Source of the DNA: Patescibacteria group bacterium
Lineage (GTDB): Bacteria; Patescibacteriota; Patescibacteriia; 2-01-FULL-39-33
Length of the DNA: 64,000 nt
Direction of reading: 5' to 3'
Assembly (NCBI GenBank): GCA_041650895.1
Contig: JBAZKF010000001.1
Coordinates: 145,685-209,684, forward strand
Below the pieces are notes generated by a model that was given only the letters and a program-made list of their open reading frames with translations, ran no database searches and was not told where the DNA came from. The position numbers and the translations under genes were made by a program. This document shows positions 1 through 8,620 of the stretch, piece after piece. How positions within the stretch are numbered: position 1 is the stretch's first letter; each line of letters begins with the position of its first letter.

Positions 1-2108
1 CGCAGTTTGACTTTGCTCCCAATCTCCGGCGGCAAGCCTTCAGCTTCTGCCGGCTCAGTGATTCTCCGAGCGACCAAACAACAGATTTCCTCAAACTCGG
101 CTTCGGTCATCTCGCCGGAGTCAACCAGCGCCTTGAGCTCGTCAAAGCTCATATACTGGCGATCGGGCAACTCAAAACGAGCATCCTCCAAAGTCAAAAC
201 CAACGAACACGAAATACTGTTAGATTCCCAACGCCAATTGTAACGTTGGATCTTCGCGCAATGCGGAGCATGGCGCACGACTATCTGCGGGTCACTGATG
301 ATCGTCGCCATAGTCAGGAGCTTCAATATCTTTGGGAGGTCGAACCGTCCTTTCACGGTGAGGTCGACCGGTTCCCCGACCACTAATTGGCCGGACGACG
401 AACTCGAGATGACCGAACGGTTGCTCAACTGCCTCTGTTCAAACCCATACATGGGATAACTTTCTCGGCCAGTGCTGACTTTGGCGCTAAGACCATCAGA
501 AACCATGTGAAGCTTGTCCAACATGCCGCTAACCACCAGCTCGGCCATTAGGTCATCGTTAATGTCGGGAGATTTGTTCTGTCCCCTGTCATCAGCCGAC
601 AGATATTGCAGTTTGCGCTCTATCTCTTGAACGCGCCGATAATGCTTCAAAGACAGTCCATGGTCAGAGAACGTCTGTGGATCCTTCCGTAAACCGTCTG
701 CGAAACAGCAATAATGATATTGCGCAACCGCGTCAGAAATCCCGACGTAAGGCGGCAACTTTATCCAGCTATCCTTGACCCGCGACTGGATTCCGCCCAC
801 CTCCCTACAAGCAACAATACGACGCATGGCCGGCAACTGGCCGACTTTCTTTGCCAACACTAATGATTTTGCTGAGTTCACAGAAACCGGCCACCGGGAT
901 ATTAATTCACCCAGCGACGACGCCGTGCCATCAGCCATTACTGCTCCCAGAATTCGCAGAGTCCGATAAGACTCGGCCATAGCAGATCTGTTCGGCTGAT
1001 GGAAGAATTCCAACTCCATCACATTAATACCATGGCAGGCCAGGCGTAGGATGAGTTGATCCAGACGAACCCGCTCAATCTCCGCCTTGGGAAAATCTTC
1101 TTGGTCCTCCCAACCGCTATAACAATTGATATATACCCCTTCCGAGTCCCTACCGGCTCGTCCCCTGCGTTGATCGACTTGAGCCTTGGAAATACGGCGT
1201 AGATAAAGCCCCTCTACGCCATCCTTGGTTTCGATGCGCTTTTCCAATTGCGTATCAAGTACCCCGTTAATTCCGGGTACTGTGACCCCGGATTCAGCTA
1301 TATTAGTGGTTACGATAATTTTCGGTTTGCCGTAATCCACAAAAACCAAATCTTGTTCCTCCGGGGGCAAGTCCCCATGGAGGGGTAGAATTACCGCATC
1401 AGTATCAACGCCCATTTGGCGCAATCGATCAATACAATCATAAACTTCCCTTTTACCGGGCTGGAACAACTTGATAGTGCGGCCCTCCTTGACTAACAGT
1501 GCCGCTTCTTCTTCAATTGACCCTGTTGTCATGGGACGATCCACTACCGGAAACAACCTGCCTTCAACGCTCAATACGGGCGCATTGTCAAAATATTCCG
1601 ACAAGCGCTCAGCTTCAAGCGTTGCTGACATAATGACCAAACGAAAATTAGCTCCTTCCTTCAGGCGCTTTTTGGCCCAGGCCACCAAGGCCTCGGTCTC
1701 CACGCCCCACTCATGGACCTCGTCAATAATCAAGACTTCCGGTTGCCAGTCAAAGACGATCTCACGAATCGACTCCGCTCCATCAGTGCTATACAGCAAT
1801 CTGGTATCTGCGGAGCAATTCCGTTCAAATCCGGTACGGTAACCAATTTCCCCGCCTAACTTGCAACCATTCTGTCGCGCCACATAACACGCGACCGAAC
1901 GAGCAAGGAAACGCCGTGGCACAGTGCATACCACTTTGAATCCGGCCCGCCAAAACATTGGCGGTATTAAGGTGGTTTTACCGGAGCCGGTCTTCGCCGT
2001 AATAATAACCACCGGGTTATCCAAAACCAACTCAGTAATCTCTGCTTCACGAGCCGCGACCGGCAGGGTTGATGGATTAACTAAAGAGATCAATATCTTA
2101 TCCTCCAT
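1..2108 (-). CDS. ATP-dependent DEAH-box RNA helicase (HrpA/HrpB family), partial. The C-terminal part runs off the window start.
   Basis: Reverse-strand translation from the ATG at about 2108 gives MEDKILISLV...ITAKTGSGKTTLIPP (Walker A), ...LIIDEVHEW (DEVH box) and ...MSATLEAE (SAT motif III). The in-frame codon just upstream is TGA. The reading frame is open to position 1, so the gene is truncated by the window edge, which is why no complete minus ORF appears in the track. The plus-strand ORFs 7..243, 775..969, 1471..1842 and 1924..2205 are antisense to it. Confidence 0.75.
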   Translation of the reverse strand, partial: MEDKILISLVNPSTLPVAAREAEITELVLDNPVVIITAKTGSGKTTLIPPMFWRAGFKVVCTVPRRFLARSVACYVARQNGCKLGGEIGYRTGFERNCSADTRLLYSTDGAESIREIVFDWQPEVLIIDEVHEWGVETEALVAWAKKRLKEGANFRLVIMSATLEAERLSEYFDNAPVLSVEGRLFPVVDRPMTTGSIEEEAALLVKEGRTIKLFQPGKREVYDCIDRLRQMGVDTDAVILPLHGDLPPEEQDLVFVDYGKPKIIVTTNIAESGVTVPGINGVLDTQLEKRIETKDGVEGLYLRRISKAQVDQRRGRAGRDSEGVYINCYSGWEDQEDFPKAEIERVRLDQLILRLACHGINVMELEFFHQPNRSAMAESYRTLRILGAVMADGTASSLGELISRWPVSVNSAKSLVLAKKVGQLPAMRRIVACREVGGIQSRVKDSWIKLPPYVGISDAVAQYHYCCFADGLRKDPQTFSDHGLSLKHYRRVQEIERKLQYLSADDRGQNKSPDINDDLMAELVVSGMLDKLHMVSDGLSAKVSTGRESYPMYGFEQRQLSNRSVISSSSSGQLVVGEPVDLTVKGRFDLPKILKLLTMATIISDPQIVVRHAPHCAKIQRYNWRWESNSISCSLVLTLEDARFELPDRQYMSFDELKALVDSGEMTEAEFEEICCLVARRITEPAEAEGLPPEIGSKVKL

Positions 2109-2313
2109 TAATCATGAGAGAAATTTGAGTTCTCTCCGACAATGGAGAGAACGACCGTTGGGCCGTCAAATTTTATCTCCCTACTTTAAAGTATTCAATT
2201 TTTAGGTACGCCGCTAACTTTTAAGTTGAGCGGTTAACTCTGACTTTAACCGTCTATACATCCGATTAAAAACAGGCAAAAACCGTTCAAATTAGACATA
2301 AATTCAATATGTA

Positions 2314-2342
2314 ATTATATCACACATTAATTATTTTGTCAA
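2314..2342 (-). promoter_or_regulatory. Sigma70-like promoter on the minus strand (TTGACA-17-TATAAT) upstream of the helicase gene. It is copy A of a duplicated promoter module.
   Basis: The reverse complement of 2314-2355 reads GTGGATAACTATCTTGACA-aaataattaatgtgtga-TATAAT. This is a perfect -35 and -10 with a 17-nt spacer. A near-identical module is found at 16178-16218. Confidence 0.45.
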
Positions 2343-2487
2343 GATAGTTATCCACAATATAAAACATGACTTCTGGTGTATGGTTTATAATATCTAAATT
2401 TAGATAAAAAAATATGATAATTTAGCCAATATATTTGCTTTAAATGCTCAATAATGTTATTATTAAACTAATAAATACTTATTTTAT

Positions 2488-3741
2488 ATGGAAAAATACA
2501 TCATCGAAGGCGGGCATAGATTGTCCGGCGAAATTAGCGTCCCCGGCGCCAAGAATCAAGTAGGCAAAATGCTGGCCGCCAGCATCCTCTCCTCCGAACC
2601 ATGCGAGCTGACTAATGTACCGGCGATTGAAGACGTAACGCACATGCTGGAGCTTTTGGAAGATATCGGCGCCAAAATTGAACGGAGCGAAGGCCGCCTA
2701 ATAATTGATCCGTCAGGCGTCAATAAATCAGAACCGTCGGCCGAGCTGGTCAAACGTCTCAGATCTTCGGTTATGCTGGCCGGGCCGCTTCTGGCGCGCT
2801 TCGGCAAAGTGACCATGGCGCATCCCGGAGGCTGCGTCATTGGCAAACGTCCGATTGATATGTTTCTTGCCGGCTTCAAAGCTTTAGGAGCCAAAATTGA
2901 AGAAAACGAAAACCACTACACCCTACACGCCAAAAAATTAATCGGTGCTAAAATCGTCATGCCTTGGATAGCTGTTACCGCCACTGAGTCACTGATGATG
3001 ACTGCAACTTTAGCTGAAGGCGTCACGCAAATCATTAACGCGGCCATGGAACCGGAAATCCCGGCTTTGGCTGATTACCTTAATTCCTGCGGCGCCAAAA
3101 TCACCGGCGCCGGCACGCCAGTTATCACAATTGAAGGTGTAAAAAAAATCAGCGGCGGCAAATGCCAACTAATCCCCGACCGCATTGAAGCGGGAACTTT
3201 CGTCATCATGGGACTTCTGACTGGCAGTGAAATTACAATCACTAATTGCGAGCCCAAGCACTTGGACGTGGTTCTAGCCACACTGGAAAAAGCCGGAGCC
3301 AAATTGGATGTGGGAGAAAATTACATCAAAACCAAACGCAGCAAAGTAAAAGCGGTGGAATTACGCACCCATGAGTATCCGGGTTTTCCTACCGACCTGC
3401 AAGCGCCTTTTACCGTGCTTATGACTCAAGGCGAAGGATTATCTTTGATCCATGAAGTAATTTATGAAGGCCGGCTGTTTTATACCGACAAGCTTAATGC
3501 CATGGGAGCTAACATTATTATGTGCGACCCTCATCGAGTAATTGTCTCCGGGCCGACAACTTTACACGGCAAAAAACTGGAATCGCCTGACCTGCGCGCC
3601 GGTATGGCCTTAGTCTTAGCCGGCCTTGCCGCCCAAGGGAAAACTACGATTGACAATATTTATCAAGTTGAACGAGGCTATCAGGATCCGATCGGCCGCC
3701 TGCGGGCATTAGGCGCCAAAATTGAAAAAATCAAGGAGTAA
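2488..3741 (+). CDS. murA: UDP-N-acetylglucosamine 1-carboxyvinyltransferase (MurA)
   Basis: 417 aa. The N-terminus MEKYIIEGGHRLSGEISVPGAKN is typical of MurA. The active-site Cys lies in HPGGCVIGKRPID. The length and EPSP-synthase-like repeats fit. Confidence 0.9.
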   Translation: MEKYIIEGGHRLSGEISVPGAKNQVGKMLAASILSSEPCELTNVPAIEDVTHMLELLEDIGAKIERSEGRLIIDPSGVNKSEPSAELVKRLRSSVMLAGPLLARFGKVTMAHPGGCVIGKRPIDMFLAGFKALGAKIEENENHYTLHAKKLIGAKIVMPWIAVTATESLMMTATLAEGVTQIINAAMEPEIPALADYLNSCGAKITGAGTPVITIEGVKKISGGKCQLIPDRIEAGTFVIMGLLTGSEITITNCEPKHLDVVLATLEKAGAKLDVGENYIKTKRSKVKAVELRTHEYPGFPTDLQAPFTVLMTQGEGLSLIHEVIYEGRLFYTDKLNAMGANIIMCDPHRVIVSGPTTLHGKKLESPDLRAGMALVLAGLAAQGKTTIDNIYQVERGYQDPIGRLRALGAKIEKIKE

Positions 3742-3742
3742 T

Positions 3743-5071
3743 ATGACCTTATTATATCGTCGTATAACTTACATTTCCTTCATTATAATTTTCCTGATTA
3801 TTACGCCTCTTATCATCGCCTATACGGCCGGTTATCGTTATAATTTCAGCAAAGGCCGGGTGCAAAAAACCGGCATCCTGCGCATTACTTCTATTCCTCG
3901 TGGCGCCAACATCTACCTGAATAGCCAAATACAAAACACACAGACTCCGGCCAAAATCCAATATCTGATGCCGGGTGATTACGAGATTAAACTAACCAAA
4001 GAGGGATATTTTGATTGGCAAAAAAAACTGCCGATTACAGAAAATAATACCACCTTCGCTGAAAAAATAATCCTCTGGAAAAAACCAGCGGCAAAAAAAT
4101 TAAACGCCACCACCAGCGTCTCCTCTTGGCTTATTTCACCCGATAAAAACATTATCGCCTTCAGCCAGCTGGACGGATCTATTGGTATTATTGACGTCAA
4201 TTCCGGCTTATTCGGCGAGCTATCAGGCGGTTCACTGGAAATAATCACTAAAATTTCTGATTACGGCGAAGTTAAGTTAATCAGCTACTCCCCAACCGGC
4301 CGTTATCTGATCGCTGAAAGTGGTAAAAGCAACGCTAAAACCTATTTCCTCATCGACGCTTTTTTAAAAAAATACGATAAATTGCCGATAAAAAACTATT
4401 CTGCCATTAAATGGGACAGAAACTCCGACACGCTTTATGCCAACGATAAAACAAGTTTGTGGCAAATTAATGTTTCCAACTCAACAGCCAAACAATTATT
4501 AAAAAGCTTTACCGGCGATTTTTATTTTGATAATCAAAACTTTTACATCTTTAAAAATTCCATTTTAAGCCGAGGCACTCTGACTAATGCTAATATCAGC
4601 GATATAGCAGCTATCACCTGCGATGCTTGCCGAATTGAAACGATTAAAGGCAACCGCCTGTATCTTTTTAACCGGCTCAGCGGCGACTTGCGTATTATTG
4701 ATTTATCCGGCAAAACCAAATCCGCCAGCCTGAAAGCCAAGTCTTTTGATTTTCTAGCTAATAATTCAGCTTTGATTTATAATGATTTTGAACTATCAAT
4801 TTATAACAGCGCCAAAGATGAACCAGAACTTATCACCCGGCTGGGCCAGCCTATTTCCGCCGCCGCCTGGCACCCAACCGGACGCTATATTTTCTTTGTT
4901 ACTGAAGGACAATTAAAAGTCATTGAATTGGATAACCGCGAATTGCGCAATATCATTACTATAATTGACGCCCCTGCTGATTTCATCCAATTGGATCGTG
5001 CCGGCAATAATGTTTATTTCAGCGGGTTAATAGACAAACAGGAAGGCATTTACAAACTGGACATCCAATAA
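3743..5071 (+). CDS. PEGA-domain protein with an N-terminal membrane anchor and a C-terminal beta-propeller-like repeat region (TolB-like)
   Basis: The ATG at 3743 follows the murA stop directly. AAGGAG lies 4 nt upstream. There is one N-terminal TM helix. A PEGA motif is present (LMPGDYEIKLTKEGYFDWQ). Repeats such as SPDKNIIAF, SPTGRYLIA and WHPTGRYIFF resemble TolB/WD-like blades. Confidence 0.5.
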   Translation: MTLLYRRITYISFIIIFLIITPLIIAYTAGYRYNFSKGRVQKTGILRITSIPRGANIYLNSQIQNTQTPAKIQYLMPGDYEIKLTKEGYFDWQKKLPITENNTTFAEKIILWKKPAAKKLNATTSVSSWLISPDKNIIAFSQLDGSIGIIDVNSGLFGELSGGSLEIITKISDYGEVKLISYSPTGRYLIAESGKSNAKTYFLIDAFLKKYDKLPIKNYSAIKWDRNSDTLYANDKTSLWQINVSNSTAKQLLKSFTGDFYFDNQNFYIFKNSILSRGTLTNANISDIAAITCDACRIETIKGNRLYLFNRLSGDLRIIDLSGKTKSASLKAKSFDFLANNSALIYNDFELSIYNSAKDEPELITRLGQPISAAAWHPTGRYIFFVTEGQLKVIELDNRELRNIITIIDAPADFIQLDRAGNNVYFSGLIDKQEGIYKLDIQ

Positions 5072-5103
5072 TCCCTAAAATCATAAGGCAAATTAATAAT
5101 AAA

Positions 5104-5131
5104 CCGCCACTATTGACAAATGGCGGTTTTT
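5104..5131 (+). terminator. Rho-independent terminator for the PEGA-domain gene
   Basis: CCGCCA-ctattgacaaa-TGGCGG is a 6-bp GC stem followed by TTTTT. It lies 33 nt after the stop codon. Confidence 0.5.
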
Positions 5132-5141
5132 GAGTTATCAT
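5113..5141 (+). promoter_or_regulatory. Candidate sigma70 promoter (TTGACA-17-TATCAT) embedded in the terminator loop, followed by a tandem 10-mer
   Basis: TTGACA lies at 5113-5118. The 17-nt spacer is aatggcggtttttgagt. TATCAT lies at 5136-5141. It is immediately followed by ATCATAGAAC-a-ATCATAGAAC, and GGAGA sits 7 nt before the ATG at 5219. Confidence 0.4.
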
Positions 5142-5218
5142 AGAACAATCATAGAACTTTAAAAACAATAAAAAATTGTCTCGGTCAGTGCCTCGACCAA
5201 ACAAGAAGGAGAACCCAG

Positions 5219-5806
5219 ATGGATTCATCGCCAGAATTAGTGGAAGAAATAAAAAGATTCAGAGTGGGATTTGCTTATCTAATGGATGTTATGTATTCAT
5301 GTGCGGCGAAGAGCAATGATCCGGACACGCATATCGGAGCAGTTATAGTTCGACCCGAGTTTAATAAAACTGTTTTAACGGCCGATTTGCGTAGAAGCAT
5401 AGTTTCCACCGGCTGTAATCATTTTCCTCGCAACATAAAAATTACTCCGGCAATGCTGGAGCGCCCGGAAAAACACCTTTGGACTGTTCATGCCGAAACT
5501 GATGCTATTTGTTGCGCCGCCCGTTACGGCGGATCTTTACAGGGTTGCCACCTTTTTACCAATGGCCTGCCCTGCTCCGAATGCGCCAAAGTGATTGTTG
5601 AGAGTGGCATCGCTTCAATTTATATTGACCGAGGCTGGGAATCATTCGGTGATCCCGGTTTCCAGAAGACCTGGGCGGAAAAATTTAGGGTCAGTAGAAT
5701 CATGCTTGATGCGGCCAATATTCCGGTTATTCCTATCCCTTACCTCCATAACATCTGCAGTGAAGTACGAAGAGTGCCACGCTTCAAGCGCGGCCAATGG
5801 TTTTAA
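5219..5806 (+). CDS. dCMP (deoxycytidylate) deaminase, ComEB-like
   Basis: Zinc-binding cytidine/dCMP deaminase motifs are present: HAETDAI and PCSECAKVI. The N-terminal region VGFAYLMDVMYSCAAKSNDPDTHIGAVIV is typical of dCMP deaminases. Confidence 0.75.
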   Translation: MDSSPELVEEIKRFRVGFAYLMDVMYSCAAKSNDPDTHIGAVIVRPEFNKTVLTADLRRSIVSTGCNHFPRNIKITPAMLERPEKHLWTVHAETDAICCAARYGGSLQGCHLFTNGLPCSECAKVIVESGIASIYIDRGWESFGDPGFQKTWAEKFRVSRIMLDAANIPVIPIPYLHNICSEVRRVPRFKRGQWF

Positions 5807-5833
5807 AAGGATCAATGATCTTAAACCGATAAA

Positions 5834-6269
5834 GGAAAATACCATGAGAAAATTACTCTTGATAGAATTTGACAAAGAAGCCAGATCGGCGCTAGGACGA
5901 ACACTTGGCGATGCCGGCTACATCGTACACGCCAGCGATATGTCGCGAGCTGAGCTGGGAACAGCCAGGGAAGCGTTACTCGGAGATAAGTTTGACGCCA
6001 TCGTTATTGAGCCGGAAATGCCCTTGGATGAATTGGCTAAGGGCCCGGAAGCGTTGAGCGGGATAAAACTCTTAGCAAAATGGCGAGAACAAGGTCTGAC
6101 CCTGCCACCGATAGTCGCCTTGACCTGGCGCAATTACAGTTATTTTTTTGGCGACGAGAAACTATACCAACACGGCATTGGTTGCGTGGTGGATAAGATT
6201 GGCGGTTCAGATTCATTGCTTAATGCGCTTGAATGCCTGTGGGAGAAAGAAGAAGAGGAATTTGATTGA
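5834..6269 (+). CDS. Stand-alone receiver-like (CheY-like) domain protein with an atypical acidic pocket. It may be a pseudo-receiver.
   Basis: Translation from the ATG at 5834 (AGGAAA RBS) gives MRKLLLIEFD...AIVIEPEMP...IVALTW...VVDK. This aligns to a receiver fold. The phospho-acceptor Asp is Glu (VIEPEMP). The usual DD pair is EF. The Thr and Lys positions are retained. There is no output domain. The longer track ORF 5595..6269 overlaps the dCMP deaminase gene and is probably not the real start. Confidence 0.45.
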
Positions 6270-6276
6270 ACAAAAC

Positions 6277-6308
6277 AACGCCCCCTATTAAGGGAGCGTT
6301 TTAATTTT
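6277..6308. terminator. Bidirectional terminator hairpin between the convergent receiver-like and HIT genes
   Basis: AACGCCCCC-tatta-AGGGAGCGTT is an imperfect 9-bp stem. It is flanked by T-rich tracts on both strands: ttaatttt downstream on plus, and tgttttgttc on minus. Confidence 0.4.
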
Positions 6309-6312
6309 GCCT

Positions 6313-6720
6313 TTAAGTTATTTGCGTTTTAATTTTCTCCGCTAATTCCTGTTGCCGGCCTGGTTCATATTCTTTACCCGGCCAGAGCTTGAGGCCATCA
6401 CCCTCAGACCGGGGCACAATATGAAAATGCACATGGCCGACAACCTGACCTGATGCCCCGCCATTATTAAGCATCAAATTGAAAGCATTGGTTCCGGTGG
6501 CGGATAGAACCGCCGGCGCAATCTTCTGCGCCAAACCCAAAAGCTGGCAAGCGTCATCAGCCGGCAAATCCAGCAAAGTTTCATAATGGGCCTTAGGAAT
6601 GATCAAGGTGTGACCCGGGTTGACCGGCGCAATATCCAAAAAAGCCAAAAACTTATCATCCTCATAAACTTTGGCTGAGGGGATTTCTCCGGCAATGATT
6701 TTACAAAAGATACAGTCCAT
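6313..6720 (-). CDS. HIT-family (histidine triad) nucleotide hydrolase
   Basis: The protein MDCIFCKIIAGEIPS...GHVHFHIVPR carries the HxHxHxx triad. It is encoded on the minus strand: the reverse complement of 6691-6720 is ATGGACTGTATCTTTTGTAAAATCATTGCC. The ORF track labels this entry plus, but the plus strand has no ATG there. Confidence 0.8.
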   Translation of the reverse strand: MDCIFCKIIAGEIPSAKVYEDDKFLAFLDIAPVNPGHTLIIPKAHYETLLDLPADDACQLLGLAQKIAPAVLSATGTNAFNLMLNNGGASGQVVGHVHFHIVPRSEGDGLKLWPGKEYEPGRQQELAEKIKTQIT

Positions 6721-6757
6721 ATGGTTTGATTATAAATTAAAAATAACAAGTTAATGA

Positions 6758-8620
6758 TTATTTGCTGCAAATAATATTATTAGTTGTCTCCTGAAACTCC
6801 TTGGCAGAGACAGCTTCCAAAGACAAAATTATCGGCAAAGACTCTTTGATGCATGGCCTTTCGGGCAAGTCCTTTATTTCTTGCCAGACAACTTGCGCTT
6901 TCTGCCAATCGGCATCGGTTATCACCAAGTCCATGACCGGCCCGGAATAGTAGTTGGCCACAATCAACAAGGAAAGAATAACCACGGCTAATTCCGCCTG
7001 ATGGCGCCTTTTAATAGCCGAGATGATCAACTGGCAAAACAATAAAAGCAAAGGCAGAATGGCAAAAAGCGTCAAACGACGCGCCAAGGAGTGCTCGCCC
7101 GATAAAAATCCCCAGCTAATAAAGTAAGCGCCGAGAGTGATCAGAGAAAAATAAGAGACTAAGCGCCACGCCGCGTCATTGCGTTGCCAGGCGACAATCA
7201 AGGAAACCAAATAAACTAAGATAAAAATTGTAGCCACGGCTAAATCAAAGATTTTGGGCATCAAACCCCACTGCGGCCATAACTTCAAACCGGAATTAAA
7301 ATACCATAAATTGCCGGCGGTCCAGGCCTGATATAAACCGCCTAAATGAAAACTGACTTGCCGGCTGGAAACAAAATCCAGAGCTACCAATCCTATTATC
7401 GCCAACAAAGCCACGATTGCCGACCAATCGCGTTTTCTGGCAGTCAATGTTAATAAACCAAAAATTATCAGCAAAATAAAGGCCAACGAATAATTAAAAT
7501 AATTAAGTGCCGTAAAAGCCAAGGCCAATAAGGCCATTTTATTATTCGGGCGCCTCAAATAGGCCAGCCAAAGCATGACGCCGAAAGCAAAATTGAGCAA
7601 CCCCCAACTTGCCGGCAAACCCTGTCCGCCATAATACTGCCATAAATAAAAACCGGAACTTAAAACGGCTGCCAGCAGGGCAAACTGCCGATTAGGGTAT
7701 AATAACGAAGCAATAACAAAAATAATTAACGGCAAAAATAAAGACCAAAGAAACGGTAAAAGAAAACGATTGAGCTGAAACACATCAATTGAAGTTATCT
7801 TGGAAACAACAGCCTCCAGCGACCATTGGGCGCCATAAGACAACTTGGCCGGATCCGCTAAGGCTTGCGGAACTTTTATTCCACTAACAGCAACGTACCA
7901 GACATCACCGGCCAATAATGTCGGCTGATATTCCAAACCCGATAATAAGCGGTATTCCGATCCAAGATGACGGAAACGATCACCACCAAAACCATTCGGA
8001 TAAACCAATAAATAAGAATGGATTAATAAAGAAAAAATAATAACGGAAAATAATGCCACCGCCAAAGATATGCGACTCTGCGACAAATATAGGGCAGCCA
8101 AAGAGCAGACAAAAACGATTACTAAAAACAACGGACTGAGAGTTTGCCAGGGACTGACTAATCCACTGCTATTTATACCAGCAAAAACAAAATAACCGCC
8201 GATAACAGCCAAGACCAATAGGATAGCGGCATAACCGAAATAAGCGGGCAAAAACGGCTCGCTCGAGTAACTTCCGGCGCCGCAGGCAGGCAATTTAGCA
8301 TAATAAAAATACAAAACAACAATAAAGACTAAAGAGATGATGAAAGCGGCAATAATGAAAATGTTAGAAAAAGACAACCAAGCCGTGAAAATATTAGTTA
8401 CCAACGACAAAATAGCCAAACTAAAAAAAATCCCCAACGCCATGGCCAATTGCCTATTGACGGGCAGGATTCTCAAAAGGACTCTACCTGCGAAGTAAGT
8501 TGAGATAAATAACCAGACAAAGGATAAAATAAGATAGAGAATCATAAATAACAAATCATAAATATCAAATACCGAATAATTCTTTGGCATTTTTGGTTGT
8601 GGCTTCGGCCACTTCGCCAT
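6758..8620 (-). CDS. Large polytopic integral membrane protein of unknown function (about 14 or more TM helices). It may be a GT-C-like membrane glycosyltransferase.
   Basis: A 620-aa ORF with hydrophobic helices throughout and no soluble catalytic motif that I recognise. The annotated start overlaps the tatD 3' end by 56 nt. Internal Met starts near 8590 or 8545 are possible. Confidence 0.45.
   Translation of the reverse strand: MAKWPKPQPKMPKNYSVFDIYDLLFMILYLILSFVWLFISTYFAGRVLLRILPVNRQLAMALGIFFSLAILSLVTNIFTAWLSFSNIFIIAAFIISLVFIVVLYFYYAKLPACGAGSYSSEPFLPAYFGYAAILLVLAVIGGYFVFAGINSSGLVSPWQTLSPLFLVIVFVCSLAALYLSQSRISLAVALFSVIIFSLLIHSYLLVYPNGFGGDRFRHLGSEYRLLSGLEYQPTLLAGDVWYVAVSGIKVPQALADPAKLSYGAQWSLEAVVSKITSIDVFQLNRFLLPFLWSLFLPLIIFVIASLLYPNRQFALLAAVLSSGFYLWQYYGGQGLPASWGLLNFAFGVMLWLAYLRRPNNKMALLALAFTALNYFNYSLAFILLIIFGLLTLTARKRDWSAIVALLAIIGLVALDFVSSRQVSFHLGGLYQAWTAGNLWYFNSGLKLWPQWGLMPKIFDLAVATIFILVYLVSLIVAWQRNDAAWRLVSYFSLITLGAYFISWGFLSGEHSLARRLTLFAILPLLLLFCQLIISAIKRRHQAELAVVILSLLIVANYYSGPVMDLVITDADWQKAQVVWQEIKDLPERPCIKESLPIILSLEAVSAKEFQETTNNIICSK

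Noticed and set aside
7-2205. Four plus-strand ORFs from the track (7..243, 775..969, 1471..1842, 1924..2205)
   Set aside because: They lie antisense inside the long minus-strand DEAH helicase reading frame. That frame shows Walker A, DEVH and SAT motifs. The four ORFs have Ser/Ala/Arg-rich low-complexity translations with no motifs, so they are treated as spurious.
6313-6720. ORF track lists the HIT ORF on the plus strand
   Set aside because: The plus strand has no ATG at 6313. The reverse complement of 6691-6720 encodes MDCIFCKIIA. The strand label in the track appears to be wrong and the gene is on the minus strand. My manual coordinate count for its stop codon is off by 1 nt relative to the track, so boundaries are plus or minus 1.
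6759-6775. 17-nt perfect palindrome TTATTTGC-T-GCAAATAA overlapping the stop codon of the 620-aa membrane protein gene
   Set aside because: It is an AT-only stem with a 1-nt loop. It is too weak to call a terminator or operator confidently and is probably a chance palindrome in AT-rich sequence.
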